A stretch of DNA of 64,000 nucleotides from Eledone cirrhosa. Taxonomy: Eukaryota. Below, piece by piece: positions 12,543-26,995 of this stretch. Position numbers and translations under genes: made by a program. The notes under the pieces are model-generated. The model did not search any database, was not told the origin of the DNA, and worked only from the letters and a program-made list of their open reading frames with translations. The first letter of the stretch is position 1. Every line of letters begins with the position of its first letter. Where the stretch lies: assembly GCA_964016885.1 (NCBI GenBank), contig OZ024750.1, forward strand, positions 54,932,001-54,996,000, read 5' to 3'.

Positions 12543-12841
12543 CCTGTGTCAGTGTTGAACAAAAAGGTGACGTGGTTGCCTTAACACCGTATGGCATAAA
12601 TTCAGGCTGTTCAGTTTGTTTACAAACGAACAAAGCGACGTTAGCGCCGCTAAACTGATACGTGCATATATGTATGTGTACCTGTATGCATATGTATGTA
12701 TATATGTATATATATATATATATGTGCATGCTACTGTACGTCTGTATACATATATGTATGTACGTATACATGCATACTTACATTTAAGTAAGTGCCATAC
12801 TAAGAGTGAGAAATGAAATTTCGTTTTCATTTTGTTTCAAT

Positions 12842-15442
<2,601 letters not shown>

Positions 15443-15510
15443 AAAAAGGGATGAAATCGAAAATGCAACTGAAGTCTTATTTTTTTAAAAATATATATAT
15501 TTATTTGATT

Positions 15511-15548
15511 CCTTTACCGGTTTCGCAGTTCTTCTGCTTTTCAAAAGG
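15511..15548 (-). ncRNA. minimal type I hammerhead (U3-A8 variant), inverted pLTR
   Basis: Reverse complement of 18317-18354. Confidence 0.8.
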
Positions 15549-16067
15549 TGAGTTGAGATGGAGGGTCTGTGGTTTTTCTCACATCTGGTTGGTCTCTAAA
15601 TGTTACTTGTTTTATATGGAAAAACTGGCTCGAAAACCAAGTTTTTCGAGAAGTAATTTGATTGGTTTGTCAATAATTATAATAAATTTCGCGCCAGTTC
15701 GCGTTACAATAGTTCTTCAAATAAGAGAGGGGGGGGGGGGGGGGGTTTGTCACAGGTTGTTTTTTCATATATGAGTGTTTGAATTTCTTTTTACTTGAAA
15801 AAATGAGGCTCACGAAGGCTTTTTTTTGGTTGGTTATAAATGAAATTTGGCTGTCACGTGAACAAGTTTTCATTACATTTTTGCGCCCTTATTTGGAAAA
15901 CTATTCTGTAGTCTATAGTGAATGTTATGACGATGGAGAGATAGTGGTCAAGGGAAAAGGGATTGGGAGAAATGTTCTGGTTCAGTGAATATGGCCAGCT
16001 GTCAGAGTTCAGGTGTCAGAGTTCAGATTTTCTATTGAGACTGAAGATATGTGTTTATTTGTGTGCT

Positions 16068-16106
<39 letters not shown>

Positions 16107-16356
16107 ATTGGAAGATGATTCTATTAGTAGAGATGGGGGAGGGAGTTGTGTGTGTGTGTATATGGGTGTTATGTGTGTGTGTGCGAGTATGTTAGATAGA
16201 GAGAATATATATTTTTTGTGTGTGTGTATATATATATGTGTGTAGGAAAGTGGTTCTATTAGTAGAAATGGGGAGGGTGTTGTAGGTGTGGGGGTTTTTA
16301 TGTGTGTGTATGGGTGTTATGTGTGTGGGAGTATGGTTAGCATGTTAAGATGAAGA

Positions 16357-16397
<41 letters not shown>

Positions 16398-17470
16398 GTG
16401 TGTGTATGTGTGTGTGTAGGAAAATGATTCCTTTAGTAGGAATATTTTTGAATGAACATATTTTCCTGACTTTTTCGTGTTTGCTGTTGTATTGCCAGTG
16501 CAAACGTATGTTTAAGGTTTATTTAGTTCGGGTTTTTATTTTCTAAAGTAGGTGTTATGTGTGTGTGTGTATGTCATATTGTGGTGTTGACATAATGTAT
16601 ATTAAACCTTATTTAATGTTGGTCTATATTTTTGAATAAACATATTTTCCTTATTTATTCGCATTTGTTCTGTTGTATTGTTAGCGCAAAGGTAAAATGG
16701 GAAGACTTGGAATTTGGGTGTCTTATTACTTGCGCAAATGTCTAGATGTGCACTTAGTGGTATTTGTCTCGTGGTTGGATCTCGTAATTGTTGGCGATGA
16801 ACTGTCATTCTGTTTCTGAGTGTGAGTTTAGTTTGTCCTATATAATCTTCATTGCATCCTTTACATTTAATGGCATAAATTAGATTTTTTGATGAGCAAG
16901 TGAAGTGATTTTTTACAGTAAAATTTTGTCCTGATTTAAATGTATACGTGTTGCCTTCAATGAGGTGAGTGCAGGTTCCACAATTAGAGCGACCATTAAA
17001 TGTAAAGGATGCAATGAAGATTATATAGGACAAACTAAACTCACACTCAGAAACAGAATGACAGTTCATCGCCAACAATTACGAGATCCAACCACGAGAC
17101 AAATACCACTAAGTGCACATCTAGATATTTGCGCAAGTAATAAGACACCCAAATTCCAAGTCTTCCCATTTTACCTTTGCGCTAACAATACAACAGAACA
17201 AATGCGAATAAATAAGGAAAATATGTTTATTCAAAAATATAGACCAACATTAAATAAGGTTTAATATACATTATGTCAACACCACAATATGACATACACA
17301 CACACACACATAACACCTACTTTAGAAAATAAAAACCCGAACTAAATAAACCTTAAACATACGTTTGCACTGGCAATACAACAGCAAACACGAAAAAGTC
17401 AGGAAAATATGTTCATTCAAAAATATTCCTACTAAAGGAATCATTTTCCTACACACACACATACACACAC

Positions 17471-17507
<37 letters not shown>

Positions 17508-17753
17508 TCTTCATCTTAACATGCTAACCATACTCCCACACACATAACACCCATACACACACATAAAAACCCCCACACCTACAACACCCTCCCCATTTCT
17601 ACTAATAGAACCACTTTCCTACACACATATATATATACACACACAAAAAATATATATTCTCTCTATCTAACATACTCGCACACACACACATAACACCCAT
17701 ATACACACACACACAACTCCCTCCCCCACCTCTACTAATAGAATCATCTTCCA

Positions 17754-17798
<45 letters not shown>

Positions 17799-18168
17799 AG
17801 CACACAAATAAACACATATCTTCAGTCTCAATAGAAAATCTGAACTCTGACACCTGAACTCTGACAGCTGGCCATATTCACTGAACCAGAACATTTCTCC
17901 CAATCCCTTTTCCCTTGACCACTATCTCTCCATCGTCATAACATTCACTATAGACTACAGAATAGTTTTCCAAATAAGGGCGCAAAAATGTAATGAAAAC
18001 TTGTTCACGTGACAGCCAAATTTCATTTATAACCAACCAAAAAAAAGCCTTCGTGAGCCTCATTTTTTCAAGTAAAAAGAAATTCAAACACTCATATATG
18101 AAAAAACAACCTGTGACAAACCCCCCCCCCCCCCCCTCTCTTATTTGAAGAACTATTGTAACGCGAAC

Positions 18169-18255
18169 TGGCGCGAAATTTATTATAATTATTGACAAAC
18201 CAATCAAATTACTTCTCGAAAAACTTGGTTTTCGAGCCAGTTTTTCCATATAAAA
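18169..18255 (+). promoter_or_regulatory. putative pLTR promoter: E2F-like site, CCAAT box, TATA box
   Basis: TGGCGCGAAA 18169-18178, CCAAT 18200-18204, TATAAAA 18249-18255, ~70 bp upstream of the HHR core. A similar motif set is present in PLE1. Confidence 0.4.
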
Positions 18256-18316
18256 CAAGTAACATTTAGAGACCAACCAGATGTGAGAAAAACCACAGAC
18301 CCTCCATCTCAACTCA

Positions 18317-18354
18317 CCTTTTGAAAAGCAGAAGAACTGCGAAACCGGTAAAGG
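18317..18354 (+). ncRNA. minimal type I hammerhead (U3-A8 variant), 5' pLTR
   Basis: cctt-TTGAAAA-gcag(aagaa)ctgc-GAAA-CCGG-TA-aagg. Predicted cleavage is after 18350. Confidence 0.82.
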
Positions 18355-18518
18355 AATCAAATAAATATATATATTTTTAAAAAAATAAGACTTCAGTTGC
18401 ATTTTCGATTTCATCCCTTTTTCTTTATACTTCCACTCGTGTAGGACACCTCGGTTATTTTTCATTTTGTAAAAAAAACCTCACTTTCTAATATATACCC
18501 ACCACACGAAGACCGAAA

Positions 18519-19721
18519 ATGCCACCAAAGTCTCAACAAAACAACAACTCACGGAACCAGGACATCTTAAATGAACTCAAAGAGATTTCCTCTAAACTCT
18601 CAATTTTGACCAACAAAGTGGACCAAATACACATCTATAAAAAAGGACCCCACGAAGAAACAGAAAATACCCAAGAGACGAATATTACTCCAGTATTAAC
18701 TAAGCTAATCGAAACCATTGAAACAACAATGCTCCAAAAGCTTGAACAACCGTTAGAACCCAATCTACGAGATGTCCACTCAGTGAAAAACACCCTAATC
18801 AACATATGGACTCAAAAGCTCACAGCCCGCAAATTCGCCCTTTGGAATCTCCTAAAAAATAATGGCAAGGCAGACATATATGAAAAGTGGCTAAACTCTA
18901 CCCCAATCATCCTCCCCAAAAAACTCCAAATAAAACCCATCCCGAATGAACCAGAAAACCAACAAAGACTTAGGGAAAAGATGGCATTGGAAAAATTTAA
19001 AACAGAAATAGAACTGTTGCGATTAAGAGCCAACTCCAACGAAGAAAAATTCAAGTCACTCGACCAACAGATGGACACAGAAATCTCAAAGCACTCTGAA
19101 GGCCTACTCTACAAAAAAACCCTAAAACTTTGGAAAGAAAACTGTGAGGATGAAGAACTCACATCCCTCCAGCGATGGGAAAAAAACGCCACCTGGTTCA
19201 ACAACTACGAAATGGACTTCAAAAATGAACAACATACAGGTAACCCATTTTTAAAACAAACTAAAACTCACACACCACATGCACAACAAATAACAAAAAA
19301 AGTAACAAAACGTCCAACATACCCCCAGCAAAACTATAACGATAATCCCAGAAACCATAGACAAAACTATAACCCTACTAACAAAAACCAAAGATCCCCG
19401 AACACAAGGCAGGACCTGATCCGCAGATCACAACCCACACAAAACCTATTCCAAAACCGTAGACCCCTGCCCACACAGAGCCTGTTCCAAAACCATAGAT
19501 CCCAACCCACACAAAGGAACCAAATCTACAACCCGGACTATCAACAAACCGAACCTCAATACGTCCGAAACTTCTATACAAGACCACACAACAACAGGGG
19601 AAATACCATTAGATATAATAATACCAATGAAAAAACATTCCAGAAAAATCATTTTTTAGACCAAGGCTACAGGACTCACGACACCCGGTGGCACAAACCG
19701 ATTTTGAAAAACCGAAAATAA
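18519..19721 (+). CDS. PLE ORF1, 400 aa: coiled-coil/helical N-terminal part and Q/N/R-rich low-complexity C-terminus
   Basis: ATG 21 nt after the pLTR end. Heptad-like segments (ILNELKEISSKLSILTNKVDQI; LEKFKTEIELLRLR). Repeats RSQPTQNLFQNR/RPLPTQSLFQNH. Overlaps ORF2. Confidence 0.85.
   Translation: MPPKSQQNNNSRNQDILNELKEISSKLSILTNKVDQIHIYKKGPHEETENTQETNITPVLTKLIETIETTMLQKLEQPLEPNLRDVHSVKNTLINIWTQKLTARKFALWNLLKNNGKADIYEKWLNSTPIILPKKLQIKPIPNEPENQQRLREKMALEKFKTEIELLRLRANSNEEKFKSLDQQMDTEISKHSEGLLYKKTLKLWKENCEDEELTSLQRWEKNATWFNNYEMDFKNEQHTGNPFLKQTKTHTPHAQQITKKVTKRPTYPQQNYNDNPRNHRQNYNPTNKNQRSPNTRQDLIRRSQPTQNLFQNRRPLPTQSLFQNHRSQPTQRNQIYNPDYQQTEPQYVRNFYTRPHNNRGNTIRYNNTNEKTFQKNHFLDQGYRTHDTRWHKPILKNRK
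19652..19692 (+). promoter_or_regulatory. putative programmed -1 ribosomal frameshift signal
   Basis: T_TTT_TTA heptamer 19652-19658 in the ORF1 frame, 7-nt spacer, stem gctacagg/ccggtggc. ORF2 is in the -1 frame and is open from 19631. Confidence 0.75.
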
Positions 19722-21946
19722 TTAACATTTCAAATACAAACCTCTCAGCCCAACAAGTAAAAATTCTCTCCAAAGGTCTGAAATTCACACCAACACCACA
19801 ATATCCTAACCCCAACGAGATAAATGACGATATCTCACACTTCTGTAGAAAATTACGTCTCACAGAGGAATTCTTTGACAAGGAGAATAACGACGAATCA
19901 ATTGTACGGAATAAAAGCAGCTACAACCCAACAAAAGGTAGAAACAGAGTTCTGGACAAATTTTGTGACCACATAGCTACCTTCCCATACCATGAACTAC
20001 CGCAACCTAAACCCAAACCCAACACAAGTCGAAGGGAATGGGAGATTATCCATGAACTAAAAAACAATCCGGACATTGTAATTAAGGAAGCGGACAAGGG
20101 AAGTACTGTTGTCATTATGGAGGCTGAAAAATATAAAAATTCTATGTTCTCTCTCTTACAAAATGCTAATTACTATGAAAGAGTAAAAAACTACCAGCAA
20201 TCAAAAATAATGACCAAATTAAACACACTGATTTATCGATACCAGGAAGACCTAACTAAAAAGGAACGCGATTATTTAACAAATTTTGAATACAAAACCA
20301 GCAACCTTTACGGACTTCCGAAGATCCACAAATGTAAAATAATCAACGATGCCTGTAAACAATCCACCTCAGCCTGCGTGAACACACAATACCCCACAGA
20401 CCTTAAATTAAGACCAATTGTAGCGGGCCCACAATGTGAAACACACAGATTGAGCAACTTTATAGACATACTACTGAAACACATACCAAGCCTTGTAAGA
20501 GACGATCTGGACCTCTTAAACCACCTCCCCAAACATGTCAACAACGACACTATTATTGTATCTTTCGATGTAGTGAATCTCTACACAACGATCCCACACC
20601 AATACGGACTAGAAGCAATAGGATTCTGGCTAGAGAAATATCCCAATGAGATACCTGACAGAATAGAAAAAAGCTTCATCACCGAGGGATTAAAATTCAT
20701 CCTACAGAACAACTTTTTTGATTTCGATGGCAATACTTACAAGCAAATATCGGGGACTGCGATGGGCACAAAAGCCGCTCCAACTTATGCCAACTTAGTC
20801 ATGGCATACTTAGAAGTCCAGATATATGAACAGTCCAAATCAAAATACGGATTGAACTTCCACAAATATTTATCAGAGAATTGGAAACGCTACTTGGATG
20901 ATTGCCTCATTCTTTGGTCCCACACACTCGACCAACTGAAGGTTTTCAAAAACTTAATAAACGGCATCAATAACCACATCCAATTCACAATGGAATACAG
21001 CCAAGATCAACTCCCATTTCTGGACATTTTAATCACAAAAAAAGACACAAATATCGAAACTGACATACACTACAAACCAACAGATTCCAAACAATATCTG
21101 CTATTCACCTCCAACCATCCAAAGCACACGAAGACGAACATTCCTTTTAACCTAGCAAGAAGAATTTGCACAATTGTCTCCAATTATGAAACGCGAAATA
21201 AAAGACTTCAAGAATTAAAGGAAATTCTACTTGAGAGAGAGTACCCACTATTACTAATAAATAATGGAATAGAAAGGGCTAAAGCAATAGGCATTGATGA
21301 ATTACGGAAACAGAAACAAATTCAAGGTACGTCCAATATTCTATCATATATCTCAACACACAACCCAAGAAATGCGGAAGCTTACAACACTATTCACAAT
21401 AACATCCCACTACTAAAACAAAACCCAAGAATGAAAAAAGCCCTTGAAACACACAAAATAATCAAAAGCAAAAGACAACCAAAATCACTGAAAACATTAC
21501 TCACCAATGCCAAATTACCTACCACAAACCCACAACCAAGTATCAAAAAATGTGGTCGCTCTAATTGTGGAACCTGCACTCACCTCATTGAAGGCAACAC
21601 GTATACATTTAAATCAGGACAAAATTTTACTGTAAAAAATCACTTCACTTGCTCATCAAAAAATCTAATTTATGCCATTAAATGTAAAGGATGCAATGAA
21701 GATTATATAGGACAAACTAAACTCACACTCAGAAACAGAATGACAGTTCATCGCCAACAATTACGAGATCCAACCACGAGACAAATACCACTAAGTGCAC
21801 ATCTAGACATTTGCGCAAGTAATAAGACACCCAAATTCCAAGTCTTCCCATTTTACCTTTGCGCTAACAATACAACAGAACAAATGCGAATAAATAAGGA
21901 AAATATGTTTATTCAAAAATATAGACCAACATTAAATAAGGTTTAA
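19658..21946 (+). CDS. PLE reverse transcriptase - Zn linker - GIY-YIG endonuclease (ORF2), probably expressed as an ORF1 fusion
   Basis: IKEADKG, LYGLPKIHK, LRPIV, SFDVVNLYT, GTAMG, WKRYLDD, LPFLDI, CGRSNCGTC, NLIYAIKCKGCNEDYIGQT. No stops, and no ATG before ~aa 140. Confidence 0.93.
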   Translation, partial: RPRLQDSRHPVAQTDFEKPKIINISNTNLSAQQVKILSKGLKFTPTPQYPNPNEINDDISHFCRKLRLTEEFFDKENNDESIVRNKSSYNPTKGRNRVLDKFCDHIATFPYHELPQPKPKPNTSRREWEIIHELKNNPDIVIKEADKGSTVVIMEAEKYKNSMFSLLQNANYYERVKNYQQSKIMTKLNTLIYRYQEDLTKKERDYLTNFEYKTSNLYGLPKIHKCKIINDACKQSTSACVNTQYPTDLKLRPIVAGPQCETHRLSNFIDILLKHIPSLVRDDLDLLNHLPKHVNNDTIIVSFDVVNLYTTIPHQYGLEAIGFWLEKYPNEIPDRIEKSFITEGLKFILQNNFFDFDGNTYKQISGTAMGTKAAPTYANLVMAYLEVQIYEQSKSKYGLNFHKYLSENWKRYLDDCLILWSHTLDQLKVFKNLINGINNHIQFTMEYSQDQLPFLDILITKKDTNIETDIHYKPTDSKQYLLFTSNHPKHTKTNIPFNLARRICTIVSNYETRNKRLQELKEILLEREYPLLLINNGIERAKAIGIDELRKQKQIQGTSNILSYISTHNPRNAEAYNTIHNNIPLLKQNPRMKKALETHKIIKSKRQPKSLKTLLTNAKLPTTNPQPSIKKCGRSNCGTCTHLIEGNTYTFKSGQNFTVKNHFTCSSKNLIYAIKCKGCNEDYIGQTKLTLRNRMTVHRQQLRDPTTRQIPLSAHLDICASNKTPKFQVFPFYLCANNTTEQMRINKENMFIQKYRPTLNKV

Positions 21947-22150
21947 TATACATTATGTCAACACCACAATATGACATACACACACACACATAACACCTAC
22001 TTTAGAAAATAAAAACCCGAACTAAATAAACCTTAAACATAGGTTTGCACTGGCAATACAACAGCAAACACGAAAAAGTCAGGAAAATATGTTCATTCAA
22101 AAATATTCCTACTAAAGGAATCATTTTCCTACACACACACATACACACAC

Positions 22151-22187
<37 letters not shown>

Positions 22188-22437
22188 TCTTCATCTTAAC
22201 ATGCTAACCATACTCCCACACACATAACACCCATACACACACATAAAAACCCCCACACCTACAACACCCTCCCCATTTCTACTAATAGAACCACTTTCCT
22301 ACACACATATATATATACACACACACAAAAAATATATATTCTCTCTATCTAACATACTCGCACACACACACATAACACCCATATACACACACACACAACT
22401 CCCTCCCCCATCTCTACTAATAGAATCATCTTCCAAT

Positions 22438-22468
<31 letters not shown>

Positions 22469-22988
22469 CACACACAAGCACACAAATAAACACATATCTT
22501 CAGTCTCAATAGAAAATCTGAACTCTGACACCTGAACTCTGACAGCTGGCCATATTCACTGAACCAGAACATTTCTCCCAATCCCTTTTCCCTTGACCAC
22601 TATCTCTCCATCGTCATAACATTCACTATAGACTACAGAATAGTTTTCCAAATAAGGGCGCAAAAATGTAATGAAAACTTGTTCACGTGACAGCCAAATT
22701 TCATTTATAACCAACCAAAAAAAAGCCTTCGTGAGCCTCATTTTTTCAAGTAAAAAGAAATTCAAACACTCATATATGAAAAAACAACCTGTGACAAACC
22801 CCCCCCCCTCTCTTATTTGAAGAACTATTGTAACGCGAACTGGCGCGAAATTTATTATAATTATTGACAAACCAATCAAATTACTTCTCGAAAAACTTGG
22901 TTTTCGAGCCAGTTTTTCCATATAAAACAAGTAACATTTAGAGACCAACCAGATGTGAGAAAAACCACAGACCCTCCATCTCAACTCA

Positions 22989-23026
22989 CCTTTTGAAAAG
23001 CAGAAGAACTGCGAAACCGGTAAAGG
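22989..23026 (+). ncRNA. minimal type I hammerhead (U3-A8 variant), 3' pLTR
   Basis: Identical to 18317-18354. Confidence 0.82.
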
Positions 23027-23156
23027 AATCAAATAAATATATATATTTTTAAAAAAATAAGACTTCAGTTGCATTTTCGATTTCATCCCTTTTTCTTTAT
23101 ACTTCCACTCGTGTAGGACACCTCGGTTATTTTTCATTTTGTAAAAAAAACCTCAC

Positions 23157-25654
<2,498 letters not shown>

Positions 25655-26476
25655 CTGAGGATCTCTCAACTTTGTTTCTTGGATTAGATTAGAGATTATC
25701 AATGTAAGATCTTCTGCAAATCCCTCTTCATTATAAAACTGTTTCCAACTACAAACTACCCTGTGGGTATTGTTAAACTTTATATGATTATAATCTTGTA
25801 ATTTATATTTTCATTTTAATTTCAAGTTAATTTCCATTTTAAAAAAACAACAACAATATATAATTAATTACTTATGAAGCCAAAAGAATGCATATTTTAT
25901 TTGAAATTGGAAAAGCTCATCAAATATATCACACATACACACATACATACGGAAAAGTATTTAAAATTCAGTTATCCTAAGGAAATATTCCTTGACACTG
26001 TCAGTTTTCTAATACAGAAATATTTACATCTGTTGAGAACTAATTTACAAAATAATCAAATAACTAGGAAATTCAATAATCAAATGATTTTAAAGAATAA
26101 AACAACCCTGTCTAGAACATATAGATACAATTACCCCTTCATGTTAATTTTATTTTGCTATATATATATTTGAGCCCCAAATTACAGTAGCCTTCTGAGG
26201 AACTGTATGTTGTCACTGCTGACTGGAGCTTTGTTCCCTCATGTCTCTGTTTGAAAGGTTTGCTCATCTAAAATAAATTCTTCTTAGTATGCAGAAAGTT
26301 AAATTTTTCTATGTACATATGTATGGATGGATGAATAGAGTGTATAGAATGTATTACATAATTACATATTTGTAGGAAAAGATAGATAAGTCACATATTA
26401 TTTGACTTTACAAATAACACTAAAGAAATTTAGGCAACTTTTACCTTTATGCTTTCGTTATTATTATTATTATTTA

Positions 26477-26705
26477 AGGGTGGTGGATTGGCAATAATGG
26501 TAGAGCTTTGAACATTCTTTGCAGTGTTTAGTTACAATTTTCTGTTCTGAGTTCAAATCCCCACCTCCAGGTTAGCTCATCCTTTTATCCTTACAGGATT
26601 GATAAAATAAAGTACCAGTAACACATTAGATCGATTTAATCAACTTTCTCCTCCCCACAAAATTGTTGACCTTGAGCTTAAATCAGAAACCATTATTATT
26701 ATTAC
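26477..26705 (+). mobile_element. degenerate tRNA-derived SINE (Meta-domain-like centre)
   Basis: A-box-like tggcaataatgg, B-box gagttcaaatcc, central ccttttatcc..gataaaataaagtaccag, (TTA)n tail. Confidence 0.6.
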
Positions 26706-26721
26706 TAATGATAATCATAAG

Positions 26722-26995
26722 AGGGTGGTGTGTTGGCAGAAATGGTAGCATGCCAGACTAAATGCCTGACTGTATCTAGTCTCACCTCTCTATATATATT
26801 CAGAGTTCAAATACCTCACCCTGAGAGTCAACTTTGTCTTTTATTCTCTTTTGTGGGCATGTTAATAAAATAAGTACCAATAATATACCGAATTCCTCAA
26901 TTTACTCTATTTCCTTCCTTACCAAATAAAAAAAAAATAAAAATTTAATTATTGACCTCATATCTAAGAAAGAAATCATTAATAATGATAATAAT
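26722..26995 (+). mobile_element. degenerate tRNA-derived SINE, same family
   Basis: tggcagaaatggtagcatgcc..aaatgc..gagttcaaat..gtcaactttgtc..taaaataagtacca. Confidence 0.6.

Larger units (their letters stand above)
9909..12841 (+). mobile_element. non-LTR retrozyme: 5.9 tandem copies of a 466-bp HHR-containing unit (10085-12841) preceded by a 175-bp inverted fragment (9909-10083)
   Basis: Units start at 10085, 10551, 11017, 11483, 11949 and 12415. I saw only two substitutions (11076, 11715). Each unit has one hammerhead. 9909-10083 is the reverse complement of 10282-10456. Confidence 0.88.

Noticed and set aside
10085-12841. CRISPR-like or protein-coding interpretation of the 466-bp repeats (112/93/66-aa ORFs)
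   Set aside because: No variable spacers, eukaryotic context, and the ORFs run through microsatellite sequence. The HHR explains the unit.
16602-17264. Stand-alone GIY-YIG genes (also 5529-5738)
   Set aside because: They are truncated ORF2 ends inside pLTR copies, with chimeric starts at the inversion junctions.
17878-18465. 195-aa antisense ORF in the pLTR (also 22556-23137)
   Set aside because: The frame depends on poly-C length and is broken in the 15451 copy; no recognisable motifs.
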